The notes under the pieces were generated by a model. It made no database searches. It was given only the letters and a program-made list of their open reading frames with translations, and had not been told where the DNA came from. This document shows, piece after piece, positions 31,001-45,839 of a stretch of 64,000 nt of DNA; within the stretch, counting starts at the first letter, position 1; each line of letters opens with the position of its first letter. Origin of the DNA: the human T2T-CHM13v2.0 reference genome, Homo sapiens; NCBI RefSeq assembly GCF_009914755.1, contig NC_060933.1; one strand, 5' to 3'. The position numbers and the translations under genes were made by a program.

Positions 31001-31934
31001 GCCTCTGGGATCAGGGACTCTAATCTGGAAATAGGTAGTCGGAGAGGTCGGTGATGCAGTCTCTGGATCAGAGACCTGAGCTATATGGGGTTAGAGAGGG
31101 GCCCTGGGCAGGCGAGTCTCTGGGGAGTGTGGTGAGAATCCTTGTGTAAGATGCTGGGAGGAGGTGGGGTCAGGGCTGGGGTCCGTGGGCCGACGGGTTG
31201 GGGGATGGCCAGCGTCAGGGATCAGTAGTAGAGATTCTATGTGCCCTGATCGCCAGTGGAGGTTTTAAATACAGAGTATTCATGAGTTTAGCAATGTTTT
31301 TCGCCTCTCATTATTTAAATAATTTGAAGTTTTCCCCAATAACTAGTGTCTTAGAAGTCATGAAAATTTCAGAAAATGACAGGTCTTCTGAGTTCGTGAT
31401 GGGAGTTGGGCAGCAGTCGCATACGAGCACCTGGAGAGTCCTTGCCAGTTCTTTGGGGATGGGGAGCTCTTAAGACTGCCCTGAGACCGCCCTTTGACCT
31501 CATTGTGGTCCTTTCTAGATTAAATGCTGTTTTCCATGACCGTCTCTGTTCTTCCCATACGCGAATGGCAGGCATTCAGATCTCCAAGAATAGAGGATTA
31601 GGAGAGACTCCACCACCTATGTCCTCACAGTTAATTATCGATTTGTGTCAGTTGCCCATTTTCTCACTTCCTGTTTGTGTGTCAAGGGGTATTAATAAAT
31701 CTTTGCCTATTTAAAGATATTAGCCTTGGATTTTCAAATATTGCATATTTTGACATGTAAAAATTTGTTAGTTTTATTTTTTCAACCGATCTGACCTGTA
31801 TAGTTGGGCTTGAGGAAGCTTCCTCATTCTACATGTTACTATGGATTTTCTAATATTAACACAGGGTTGTATTTTTTCCATATAACTTTCTATTGAATTT
31901 CTTTTTCCATATGATAGGTGGTGAAGGTTTAGCC

Positions 31935-32140
31935 CAGTAAAGCAGAGAGGTTAAGAGGTTAGATTGGGGGCTCTGGAGCCAGACCTGTGTAGATCTGAGT
32001 CCTGGCTCTGGCACTTGAAAGCCGTGTGACCTTGGTTAAGATACTTAGTCCCTCTCTGCCAAATGGAGAAATAAGGGCACCTACCCCATAGGGTAGTTGT
32101 GTGATTACACAAGTTAATACACTTCAATCAGTAGCAAGAA
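31935..32140 (+). mobile_element. MIR
   Basis: 'ggctctggagccagac..ctgagtcctggctctggcactt..gtgtgaccttgg'. Confidence 0.75.
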
Positions 32141-32895
32141 AGTGAATGTCAAGCTGTATTTGTTCAGGCAGCCATATGGTAGCCCCACGTCCTTAGTAAA
32201 CTGAGGTATTGAAGTATCTTCTTTTTCTTTCAGAAAATATTTGTCAAGCACCTTCTGTGTTCAAAGAACTGTTCTAGGGCTTTGCATGCTATGGAGGTCT
32301 AGAAATTCACATTATGGTGGCAGGTGACAGACAATACAAAGAGATAAAGCAATTTCATATAGTGATAAGCTAGGGAGGAGTGCTAAAAGGAGCCAAGGTG
32401 TAGTGGTGACTGGAAGGTGACCAGGGAAACCACTGTAGGGTTTCTAAGTGATGAGATCTGTGACAAATCCCTGTGGTCCGCAGCAGGCATTGGATATGTA
32501 ACTTTATTCTGTCCCATTGATCTTGTAGTCAACCCTGGTCTGTTCTGTATTGTTTTAATTACATAATCTTTGTAATAATCTTTAATACCTGGTGGAGTGC
32601 TCTGTTTACTTATTTCTGCGTAATTAACCACCCCTAAGCTTAACTTACTCATGGTTCTGCAGGGTGACTGCTCTCCATGGTTCTAGGTGGTTCTGCATGG
32701 GGCCTCTCACATGTGCTACAGTCAAACATTAGCCGGGGCCACAGTCATCTGAAACTCACTTACATGGCTGACAATTGATGTTGGCTGTTGCCTGGAGAAG
32801 ACATATGTGGCGTGGTGGAATGGAATGGTGACTAGATTCAAGAAAGAGCTTCCCAGGAGGAAGGCTACCAAGAGACCGAAGTAGAGGCTTCAGTT

Positions 32896-32928
<33 letters not shown>

Positions 32929-32929
32929 G

Positions 32930-33274
<345 letters not shown>

Positions 33275-34080
33275 TCAAGCAAGTTGCAAGGCAGCCAGAT
33301 TCAAGGGGAAGGGAGCTATTCCTCACCTCTTGAGAAGCAATGTGTGTTGAGGAAGGGAAAGAATTGATGGTAGCTGTCTTTGACTTCTACCATACAGAGC
33401 AAGGTCTCCACACTCCTTTCTCCTGTAATAATTTTCCATTTGAAAATTTTCCTTGCAATTCTCACACCTTTATTATTTCATATAAATTTTACAATCAATT
33501 TTTTTCTTGTCTAGATAACCATGCCATTTAGATTAAAATTGCATTACATTGCAACTTTTGAGAAACTATGGGAGGAGAATTGGCAACCTTATAATATTGA
33601 ATTTGCTCATTAAGGAACATAGTTTCTCTGTTTATTTAGGTATTATATTTTTCATGACATACATGTTGGTATTTCTACCCAGGCTTTTCTCTTTGTTTTG
33701 TCATGTAGCCCATGAATGAGACTGCACTGTCTGTGTGATTGGGCAGTTGCCCAAAGTTTAAGGTGTTAACATGCATTAATTCACTTAATCACTCCTCATT
33801 TCCTCCTTCCCTCAACCCCTGACAACCATGAATCTGCTTTCTGTCTCTAGATTTGCCTATTCTGGACATTTTATATACATGTGTCATCCAATATCTGGTC
33901 TTTTCTGACTGGCTTCTTTCACTTAGCAGGATTCTACGGTTTATTGAGGTTCATTCATTGTGTGGCCTGTATCAGTATTTCATTCCTGTTTATGGCTGAA
34001 TAATGTTCCACTGTATGTACATATGTATGTATACCACACTTTGTATATCCATTTATTTACTGGAGGATATCTGGGTTATT

Positions 34081-34556
34081 GACAGTATATTTCAGGAGTC
34101 CCCAAGATCATCCTCCCCCTTGATCTACTGCTCTTTGTATCTTATATGACCTGTGCAGAACTATTTATCTGGAAATTAGGTGATGGTTAACTAAATATAG
34201 TTCTTCTAAAGACTCATTTTCCGTTGGTATTACATCCTGAGGAGACTTTAACTCAATCTCCCAATACATTTGATCATCAATATCAGTATTACCACATGAC
34301 TTATTTGCATGAGGTAATCAAATCTAACCAGCCATGCCAGTGTTACCCATATTGCATGTTGTGGTAGTAGATGCAGCCCCCCAAAATAAAAGTCAAAAGA
34401 TGCTGGCACATTCCTGAGGTTCTTCTCAGCCACTAACAATTGGTGTAGTTCATCATCACCTGGAATGACCAAAATGTCTCCCATGGAAATGCGGCTCAGC
34501 TGTGTAGGCTTCCATTTAACTTTGTCAGGTTCCGAGGCAGGGCTGGCTTGAGTGGT
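34081..34556 (-). pseudogene. Probable retrocopied mRNA fragment, parent not identified
   Basis: Non-repeat sequence splitting a contiguous L1 motif; protein-like translation across frameshifts (SEPDKVKWKPTQLSRISMGDILVIPGDDELHQLLVAEKNL / CIYYHNMQYG*HWHGWLDL / DIDDQMYWEIELKSPQDVIPTENESLEELYLVN). Confidence 0.5.
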
Positions 34557-35088
34557 CTTGTTTCCACTTTGGCTATGATGAATAATGCTGCTGTGAACAT
34601 TCAGGTATACGTTTTTGTGTGGTTTCATTTCTTTTAAGTATATACCTTGGAGTGTAATTACTGGATCATATGATAACTCTGTTTTAATTTTTGAGAAACT
34701 ACCAAAATGTTTTCCAAAACAGACAAGGTTTTACATTCCCTCAGCATTGAATGAAGTTTCTTATCCAGTTTCCTGTTCTTGCTGACACTCCTTATTGTTT
34801 GTCTTTTGAATTTAGTTATCTCATTGGGGTGAAGTGGTGTATCATTGTGTTTTGATTTGCATTTCCCTAATAATGAATGTTATTGAGCACCTTCTCACAT
34901 GCTTATTGGCCATTTTTCATGTTTTTGAAGAAATGTCTATTCATCTTTTGCCCATTTTTAAATTGCGTTGTCTTTTTATTGAGTTGTAAGAGTGGTTATA
35001 TCGTCTGGAACATGTGTTCCTTATCAGATATAGGACTTATAAGTTTTTGTCCCATTCTGTGGTTGTCCTTATTTTCTTATGTAACCTT

Positions 35089-35464
35089 TGTATTAGTCTG
35101 TTTTCATGCTGCTGATAAAGACATACCTGAGACTGGTCAATTTACAAAAGAAGGAGGTTTATTGGACTCACAGTTCCATGTGGCTGGGGAGACCACACAA
35201 TCATGGCGAAAGATGAAAGGCAAGGAGGAGCAAGTCACGTCTTACATGGATGGCAGCAGGCAAAGTGAGAGCTTGTGCAGGGAAACTCTCATTTTTAAAA
35301 CCATCAGATCTCGTGAGACTCATTCACTATCATGAGAACAGCACAAGAAAGACCTGCCCCCATAATTCAGTCACCTTCCACTGGGTTCCTCCCACAACAC
35401 ATGAGAATTCTGGGAGTTACAACTCAAGATGAGATTTGGGTGGGGACACAGCCAAACCATGTCG
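35089..35464 (-). mobile_element. THE1B-type solo LTR
   Basis: 'tgtattagtc...ggcaaggaggagcaagtcacgtcttacatggatggcagcagg...gacacagccaaaccat'; 5-bp TSD (c/a)cttt. Confidence 0.92.
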
Positions 35465-35584
35465 ACTTTGAAACACAGAACTTTTTAATGAAATTGAACT
35501 GATCTATTTTTTGTTTTGTTGCTTGAGCTTTTGGTGACTGCTATGGTTTGAAATATGTTCCCACAAAATTCATGTTTGGAATGC

Positions 35585-36245
35585 TTATATTCCTGTTGGT
35601 GGGAATATAAAACCGTACATCTAGTATGGAAAACAATATGGTGATTCCTCAAGAAATTAGAAACAGAATTACCCTATGATCCAGCATTTCCACTTCTGGG
35701 TGGAATACCAAAATAATTGAAAGCAGGGTCTCAAAGAGATATCTGTACACCCGTGTTCATAGCAGCATTAGCCACAATAGCCAAAAGGGAAATAATCTAA
35801 GCATTCATTGAGGGATGAATGGAAAAACAAAATCTGACATATACATACATACAGTGGAATATTATTCAGCTTCCAAAAGGAAGAAAATGTCTATATAGCA
35901 TATAGACATATGCTATAACATGGATGCACCTTGAGTACATTATGCTAGGTGAAATAAGCCTGTCACAAAAACAAATACTGCATGATTCCATTTAAATGAG
36001 GGGCCTAGAATATTCAACTTCATAGACAGAAGGTAGAATGGTGGTTGCCAGAGGCTGGGAAGAGGGGGTAGGGGTTAGGTTTTAATAAATATCATTTCAG
36101 TTTTACAAGATGAAGAGAGTTTTGCAGATGGTTTGTGGGGATACTTGTACAACATTATCAATGTATTTAATACCACTGAATTGTACACTTAAAATGGTTA
36201 AGATGGTAAATTTTATGTGTGTTTTAACACAATAAAAACTGAAAA
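35585..36245 (+). mobile_element. L1MB-type 3' end
   Basis: 'ttgaaagcagggtctcaaagagatatctgtacacccgtgttc', 'gtacacttaaaatggttaagatggtaaatttt', A-rich end. Confidence 0.88.
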
Positions 36246-36249
36246 AAGG

Positions 36250-36700
36250 GATATATGTTACCCTAAATAAAAATTTCATATGCTGAACTCAGAACCCCCA
36301 GTACCTAAGAACATGACCTTTTTTGAAAATGGGATTGTTGTTAATGTAATTAGTTAAGATGAGGTCATGCTGTAATAGGGTGGGCCCCCTAATCCAATAT
36401 GATTTGTGTCTTTATAAAAAAGGGAAATTTGTGCACAGAGATAACACAGGGGATATGCCATATGAAGATGAAGGCAGAATTCTACAAGCCCAGGGATGCC
36501 AAAGATTGCCAGCAAACCACCAGAAGCTAGGAGAGAAGTGTGGATTAGATTCTTCCTCACAGCCCTCAGAAGGAACCAGCCCTGCCAAGAACTTGATCTC
36601 AGACTTCTAGTCTCCAGAACTGTGAGACAGTGCATTTTGTTTTGTAAGTCAGCCACATGGTTTGTGGCACTTTGTTATGGCAGCCCTAGGAGATGAAGAC
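36250..36700 (+). mobile_element. MLT1C-type MaLR LTR
   Basis: 'taattagttaagatgaggtcat', 'gccaaagattgccagcaaaccaccagaagctagg', 'ctttgttatggcagccctagg'. Confidence 0.85.
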
Positions 36701-36719
36701 AATATGCAACATGGTATGT

Positions 36720-37480
36720 CCATTATAGGACACTGTGGGCCATAAATGTGTTCTTTGGCCTGAAGAAATAAAACTTGGTGGTCCAAGTTGATGTCTTATC
36801 ATCTGTTCCAGTTCTTTTATAGTATTTTTGGCATTTGAATCTAATGACTATGCAAAGCCCAGTCCAGAAAACGTGTCAGGACCCATTATAGCCTCCCAGG
36901 GATACTGGCTTCAGTCTGGTATAATCTACTTGTTAGCTATGAGTGGTGCCTTCCCACTGGGAATCTGCCCCATAGCCACCTGCAGTCTCTGTCTTCCTGC
37001 TGTCAGATAGGACGGTTCTTGTTGGCATTTGGTGCCTCTGAGGGTGGAGGAGGGACGTGTTGCTGAGCAGCCCAACCCTGCACGGCTGCAGCTCCCCTGT
37101 GTCCACTCCTTTGTTAAGCCCAGGTGGCCACCTCAAGGTCACCAGGATATCCACCTACCAGATCTGATCACTGAACCTGGGAGGGGTTCTTCAGGTGGGC
37201 ATTGACATGACCTACTTTAATGTGCCCTTTAAATTCCTGCAGTGCTGTGCTCCATGTGGACATCCTTTCACAGCCCAGTTTGCCATTGTCCCTCTGCCTG
37301 GTCACATGGCCAGGCCATTGGCCACTGCCCATGAGTCAGTAAAAGTAAAAACCGAAATGTAGAAGATCCTATCATTGTTCAATTCTTCCATCCCAGGAAG
37401 GAGTGCAACATGTAATTCATCTCACTGGGCTGATTTGTTCTTGCCTTTTTCAATAAGAATTTTCCCATTACTGCTCATGG
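36720..37480 (-). mobile_element. ERVL-class (class III) pol remnant: RNase H and integrase N-terminus
   Basis: Minus-strand motifs GKNKSAQ*DEL, FTDSWAVANGLA (~37309-37344), GHVNAH (37195-37212), QVDY (~36921-36932), DTFSGLGFA (36851-36877). Confidence 0.85.
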
Positions 37481-39492
37481 TGTGCATCCAGGACAAACTG
37501 ATGCAAGGGGTGGGGTCCCAAGGCCTTGGGCAGCTCTGCCCCATGGCTCTGCAGGGTACTTCCCCAGTGACTGCTTCCATGGGCTGGCATTGAGTGCCTG
37601 TGGCTTTTTCAGGCACACAGTGAAAGCTTTCAATGGATCTACCATTCTCTGGCCTGCAGGACAGTGGCCCTCTTCTCACAGCTCCACTAGGCAGTGCCCC
37701 AGTGCGGACATTGAGTGGGGCCTCCAAACCCACATTTCACCTCCAGACTGCTTTAGTAAAGGCTCTCCATGAGGGCTCTGACCCTACAGCAGACTTCCTC
37801 CTGGACATCCAGGCATTATCATACAACGTTTAAAATCTAGGTGGAAACTCCCAAGCCTCAACTCTTGCCTTCCTTGCACCTGTAAGCTTAAAACCACATG
37901 GAAGCCACAAAGGCTTCTTATGGCTGCACCCTCTGATGCAGTGGCCTGAGATGTATCTGGGGCCCTTTTAGCCACAGCTGGAGCTGAAGCAGCTGGGATT
38001 CAGGGTGACATGTCCCGAGGTTGTACAGAACAGTGGGGTCCTGGGCCTAGGCCATGAAACCATTTTTCCCTCCTAATCTTTCAGGCCTGTGATGGGAAGG
38101 GCTACTGTGAAGATCTCTGAAATGCCCTGGAGGCATTTTCCCCATTATCTTGGCTATTCACATTCTGCTCCTCTTTACTTATGCAAATTCCTGCAGCTGA
38201 GTTGAATGTCTTACCAGAAATTTGGTTTTTCTTTTCTACCACATGGTCAGGCTGCAAATTTTCCAATCTTTTATGCTCTGCTTCCCTTTTAAATATAAGT
38301 TCCAATTTCAGACCATCTCTTTGTGAATGTATATGAGCATATGCTGTTAGAAGCAGCCAAGTTATATCTTGAATGCTTTGCTGTTTAGAAATTTAGAAAT
38401 TTCTTCTGCCAGATGCCCTAAATCATCTAAAGTTTGAAGTTCCACAGATCCCTAGAGTAGGAGCACAATGCCACCAGTCTCCTTGCTAAAACATAGCAAG
38501 AGTGACTGCAAACTCCAGTTCCCAATAAGTTCCTCACCTCCATCTGAGACCACGTCAGCCTGGATTTCACTGTCCGTATCACTATATGAGCATTTCAGTC
38601 ACAACCATTCAGCAAGTCTCTAGGAAGTTCCAAACTTTTCTTCCTGTCTTCTGTTTTTTTGTTTTGTTTTCATTTTTGTTTTTGTTTTTGTTTTTTTTAG
38701 ATGGAGTCTCACTCTGTTATCCAGGCTGGAATGCGGTGGCACAATCTTGGCTCACTGCAACCTCTGCCTCCTGGGTTCAAATGATCCTCCTACCTCAGCT
38801 TCCTGAGTAGCTGGGATTACAGGCATGCGCCATGATGCCCGCCTAATTTTTTTTTGTATTTTTAGTAGAGACAGAGTTTCACCATGTTGGTCTGGCTGGC
38901 TTTGAAACCCTGACATCAAATGATCCACCTGCTTCACCCTCCCAAAGTGCTGGGATTGCAGGCATGAGCTACCATGCCCAGCCGTCATCTTCATGTCTTC
39001 TTATAAGCCTTCCAAACTGTTCCAACCTCTGCCTATTACCTAAGTCCAAAGTCGCTTCCACAGTTTCAGGTATCTTTGTAACAATGCCCTACTTCTCTGG
39101 TACCGATTTTCTGTATTAGTTTGTTCTCACATTGCTATAAGGAAGTACCTGAGACTGGGTAATTTATAAAGAAAAAAAGGTTTAATTGGCTCATGGTTCC
39201 ACAAGCTGTACAGGAAGCATGGCTGAGGAGGCCTCAGGAAACTTACAATCATGGTAGAAGGTGAAAGGGAAGGAAGCATATCTTCGTATGGACAGCAGGA
39301 GCACAGGGGAAGTTAATATACAGTATTAAACAGCCAGATCTCATGAGAGCCCTATCACAAGAACAGCAAGGGGGATGTCCACACCTATGATTCAATAATC
39401 AATTTCCAATTGTAAGATTCAATTTCCAATTGTAATTGGAAATTACAATTCGACATGACATTTGGCTGGGGACTCAGAGCCAAACCATATCA
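37481..39492 (-). mobile_element. MSTA-type MaLR: truncated internal region (37481-39111) plus LTR (39112-39492)
   Basis: Internal sequence homologous to 7090-8635; LTR 'tgtattagt...ccaaaccatatca'; other LTR missing. Confidence 0.9.
38653..38983 (-). mobile_element. Alu (AluS-type) inside the MST internal region
   Basis: Degenerate T-rich tail plus dimer; TSD cttc(c/a)tgtcttct. Confidence 0.92.
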
Positions 39493-40118
39493 CCAACCCT
39501 ATAAAGAAAGCGAGGCACTGATGTCACACTGCTGGTGGATATGAGACTTGTTCTCAGGCCAGCCTGATTCCTAAGTGACGTTCTTACCCTGTTGCCTCAG
39601 GATCAGCGAGAGCTCTATGGAGCCTGTACATTGCTAAAGAACAAGTTGAAAGAATTTTATTTCCAACAGTAGGGGTGATAAGGACCAGCTGGAAACAACT
39701 AAAGCTTCTGGAATACATATCAAGAACCTCTTAAAAATGTGTCAATGAGCTACAAAATAAGAATTCCAAAAAGCTAAAAAAGTTTTAAAATGGAAGTGAA
39801 ACCCAAAGAAGTAACTAAGGCACTGATGCCACTTTTCACCCTTCAGATATTTGCCTGTCAAACTAAACTTTGCTGTTTTTCACAGCGTGAGGTGGAAAAG
39901 GGGCAGCAGAACAGCAGACAAATCTGAGGGCCTGCCCAAGTGGGAGGGGCTAAGAGGAGACATCATAAAGTGAGATCCAAAAGGACAGACTTAGTGTAAG
40001 GGTGAACTATGAATAAACCTGTCCGCCTCCCCCTGTATGCTGTCCTTGACCCCTGCTTCCCTAGGAACAGTGAGGAACATTGGGTATCCTGAGAGAAAAC
40101 ATCTCCCCTGAGAGTTTT

Positions 40119-40119
40119 A

Positions 40120-40151
<32 letters not shown>
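40119..40151. repeat. (TG)n(TA)n microsatellite
   Basis: Direct reading. Confidence 0.95.
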
Positions 40152-40700
40152 GCCCTTTAACCGGTTTGTTCACACAACCTGGGTGGTCTAAAATGTCTCA
40201 AGCTTCACATTTAAAGCAATATCAGCTTTTTGGTGCCTTCTAGGTGACTGACAGATGCAAAATGGATTGTCTTTGGAGAAACTCTGAGATACTTTCAAGG
40301 AATATAAGTTCACAATAAAAAATCACAAATGTAAAATCGGCAAGAGCCAGCAGAAACAATGGACAGAAAGAGCAGGCCTGCAAAAACTTAAGACAGTCAA
40401 GTTACCAAAGACAGTACAAAGTGCGTTTTATACTTAAAGAAATAAAGGAGTTGAAATAACTTGAGCATGAAAATAACCAAATAGATTGGGGAAAGTACCA
40501 AGTAGAAACGAAATGAAAAGTATCATAATTGAAATGGAAAGTTCAATGGATTGGTTTAACTAACGGTCATCAAAAAGAGAATAATAGATGAAGAAATAAA
40601 GAAGTTTTCAGACTCGAAAAAGCTGAACGACTTTACTACCTGCAGACCTGCACTATAAGAAAAGTTAAGGGATGTCCTTCAGGCATAAAGAAAACGATAC

Positions 40701-42507
40701 TAATGGCAGCGGTGTGCCATCTGGAGCAGCCACTGTTATCACGCCAGCTGCAGTATGGAGGCACAAGTGGTGGTGGCAGAAGTGGCTGTGGGAGCAGCAG
40801 TGGTAGTGGTGGGTCCCCTGTGCCCTACATCCCTGAGGCAGCTGACTGCACCACCCCGACCCTTGCACAACTGGGCAGGACCCACTGCAGGCCCGGAACC
40901 TCTGCCGTGCCTTCAATCTCGCTGTGTGCTGTGTCTCAGGAGTCTGTGAGCTGATAGTGCAGCCAGGACTTGTGGGGTGGCCCCAGGAGCATTGGGTTTG
41001 TTTGCGCAGGGTTGGCTGAGGCCACCAGCCACCCGCACCTTGCCTGCTGCCACTAAGGGGAAAATGCAGACCAGTGGTATGGCTAGGGCTGCATGCTTTA
41101 TGGAGCCAGAAAGTTGGTAGAGTGGGAGCTTCCCAGGTGCAACTGCAGCCACCCAAGCTGTGGCTGCTACCAGGGCACTCCTGTGCTCTTGGGAGCCAAG
41201 AGTAGGCAGGAGCCCCGCCCTCCCAAGTGCAGCTGCAGCCACCCAAGCTGCAGCTGTGGACCCAGGAATCTCCGTACTCTTGGGGGCCCAGGAAGGCACC
41301 CCTTTCCCTGCAGGCTAGGAAGTGCCTGCTCCCACTGTCCGTGTTCTCCTTACTGTTAGCATCTGCTCCTGTCACAGTTCACAACCTGGGGCACTGTCTC
41401 TCTCTCAGCACTTTCGCATCCCAGCTGCATGTGTGCATGCTTGGAGTAGTGCTGACATGCCAGCCCCTTGGCCCCCTTTGGACTGTGGAGGCTGACAAGC
41501 ATGGGAAGGAGGCTGAAGTGGGGCTGAGGACAGCTTGGCACTGGCCTGCAGGTACTCCTTGGCATGAATAACGTGGGTGCCATGAACAATGACAGGAGGC
41601 AAACAGGCTCTTGGGTGGAAGGGAGCAGGTTTCCAATGAAGCCCCACCTGCAAGCTGGGGTGGGGCTGAAGCCTAGGGGGTGGGCCGCCAGTCTTCAGGG
41701 AGGAGATACCCTCTGTGCTGAGAGCTGAAGAGACAACGGGATGACCTGCCTGCAGAGAGGAGCTGCCCTCTCTGCTGAGAGCTCAGTACTCAACAGGACA
41801 CCCTGGCTATGGAGAGGAGCTACCCACTGCGGGTCTCCTCTGAGCTGTCTTATCTCTCGGTAAAGCTCCTCTTCATCTTGTTCACCTTGCACTTGTCTGC
41901 ATATATCATTCTTCCTGGTCTCAGGACAAGAACTGGAGACCTGCTGAATGGCGGAGCTAAAATAGCTATAACACAAACAGCGCTGAAACATGCCCCTTGT
42001 TTGTCACACTGCAAGCAATGAGAAGAGAGAAGAGAAGAGCTGTGGCTCTTCAGGGAGCCCAGACCTAGGAACTCCCAGCCAGGGCTGTGACACCCTCTTT
42101 AGGGCTCTGTGGGTTCCTGGCATCTCCAGGGTTCTGGGCACCACCACATTCCCTGGTGTCAGCCGTGGAAGCTGCTTATGGTATGCCTGGTCTAGCTGCA
42201 GCCTTGCATGGAGCTGGCACCCGTGCCAGTGCCTGAAGCTGCCTGCCCATCGCCTATCCCCCCTCAGCCGGCATGCCTGGCTGTGTGCAGTGGCCGGACC
42301 CCATGCTTGCTCACACACCCCTTGCTCCTCTGTGCCTGGCTTACCCTTGGCAGACAAGCGATCCAGGCTCATAGTGGGAACTGAGCACAGCCTGCCAGGC
42401 CGAGTGGGTGGAACAAGACCAGAGATCCAGAGCAAAACTCTGGAAAAGGCGCCACTGGCCATAGAGGCTTTTGGCTGATGAAGTAATACCTCAAGGATCC
42501 CGTAGCA
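40701..42507 (+). mobile_element. MER52A-type ERV1 solo LTR (~1.8 kb, GC-rich)
   Basis: Starts t(a)atggcagcgg, ends 'aggatcccgtagca'; 4-bp TSD atac; internal 'gctgcagccacccaagctg' repeats. Confidence 0.9.
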
Positions 42508-43023
42508 ATACCAGATGGAAATCTGGATCCACACAAAGAAATGGTCTACACCAGAAATAGTAACATCGTGTATCTATACCAGAAATAGTAACAACATGGA
42601 TATATACTTTATATTATTTAAACTTCTCTAAAAGATAATTGTTTAGGAAATAAAGTAATATGCAGTTTATAATATATGTAAAAGTAAAATGGATGACAAT
42701 AAGAGCTTAAAGACTAAAAGGGGGGAAGTTTACTATTCTCAGATTCTTAAACTGTACATGATGTGATCTACTGTCACCTGAAGGTCAGCTGTGATCAGTT
42801 AAAGGTGTACACTGTAAACCCTGGAGCCACCACTAAGATAACAAACCAAAAGATTACAGCTATTAAACTAACAAAGGAGATCAAATGGAATCATAAAAAT
42901 ATATTGGGTAAATCCAAAAGAAGACAGAAAAAGATGTAAAAGAGAATAAAGGACAAATGTGATGAGTAGAAAACAATAGCAAGATAAGAGACTCAACCAT
43001 ATTAGGAATTACATTACATTTAA

Positions 43024-43419
<396 letters not shown>

Positions 43420-44220
43420 TAAATATAAAGATGCAAATAGGTTAGATGTAAGAGGATGGAAAAAGATATACCATGCCAAGACTAGTCAAAAGAAAGCTGA
43501 GGTGGCTATACGAATGCCAAAATAGACTTCAGAGCAAAGACTATTACCAGGGATTAAAGAGATTATTTCTTACTGATAATGTGGTTAGTTAATGAAGAAG
43601 ACATAACAAATTTACGTCTTTTTGTACCTAACAAAAAAAGCTTCAAAATGTATGAAGAAAAGTAATAAAACAATAAGTAGAGATAGAGATAACCATCAGA
43701 GATTTTAATCCCACTCTCAACGCTTCATAGAATAAATAGGCAATAAATCAGCAAGAATGTATTGGACTTGAACAACACCATCAACCAACTTGACCTGATT
43801 TATATTTATAGAATACTCCACCCTATAAAAGCAAAATACACATTTTCTCAACTGTGCACGGAACATTTATGGAGATAGACCACATTATAGCCCATTAAAA
43901 ACCTCAATAAATAAAAAAGTATTCAACTACAAAGTATGTTCTCAGGCCACAATGGAATAAAATTAAAAACCAGTAACAGAAAGATCCTTTAAAAATCCCC
44001 AAATATTTGGAAATTAACTCACTTCTAAATAACTCATAGGTCAAAGAAGAAATCTAAAGGAATATTAGAAAGTTATTTGAAGTTATTGGAAATAGAAAAA
44101 CAACAAAGAATTTGTCGGTTGTCACTGAAGCAGTACCTGAAGGGAAATTTATGATATTACTGTATTAGAAAAGAATAAGGGTCTCAGATCAGCAACCTCA
44201 GTTTCTAATTGAAGAATATC

Positions 44221-45010
<790 letters not shown>

Positions 45011-45839
45011 TTGCCCTTTACACACATGGACTCTTCCGTATTGCCACAGGTGCCATCAGGTCTCCAGCCTTTGCACATGCTGTTTCCTCTCTGGGATTCC
45101 CACATGCCGGGCATTAGGTCAAGCTCCACGGGACTCCCTGAGATGGATCAGACATAGATCCCACCATGAATACCTCACAGTCCGGCTGGGAAGATGAGAC
45201 AGGGACCTAACTATTTATAGAACAGAGTCACCAGCTTATAGGTACAAAGGAAGGGCATGGACAGCACAGGACACACCTGTCTACTGCTAGAGGTGTCAGG
45301 GGCAGCTTCTGAAGTTGGTGGGTCTCATGGGGCTCACTGCAGAGGTGTGACCACAGAAAATAGAAAGGAGGCATTCCATGCAGAAGGAAGCTAGAGTGAC
45401 AGGAGCACACAGTATAGAGGTAGGGAGCATGGTAGGGGACTGAAGACTCGGACCAGCCCCCCATTGGTACATTTTGTGCTAGGTCTCCACACTCAAACAT
45501 CCTGCAGCTCAGCTCCAACGACTGAAAATTCTGCTAATGAGAATTTCTCTTCTGCGAGCTTTAGGCCTTGGCTGGTTGGGCCAGTGGCTGCCTCTTATGT
45601 CCCCCACCAGTCGAAGCTCAGTTCCACAGGAAGAGCTTTGTGTTTTGCTCTAAGTAGCAAGGAATCCACTTGTGGGGAGTCCAACAGGGAGTGAGTGAAG
45701 GACTTACATTCCATGGGAGGCCTCTGGCTGTGGGCACAGAAGGGGCTCTGGGCTAAAGAAGGAAGCTGGGAGCCCCTCAAGTAGCAGAAGGACATTGGGG
45801 TCATCCCTGAGAGAGGAGACCTAGTGAGAATGAAGTGAT

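Larger units (their letters stand above)
33780..35535 (-). mobile_element. L1MB-type 3' region, interrupted by a non-L1 insert (34081-34556) and a THE1 LTR
   Basis: 'ctgctttctgtctctagatttgcctattctggacattt'; L1 consensus 'ggttgtttccac..ttggcta' split across the insert. Confidence 0.85.

Noticed and set aside
40665-42534. Long ORFs up to 236 aa, with similar ones at 58154-59302
   Set aside because: Lie within GC-rich MER52 LTRs bounded by TSDs
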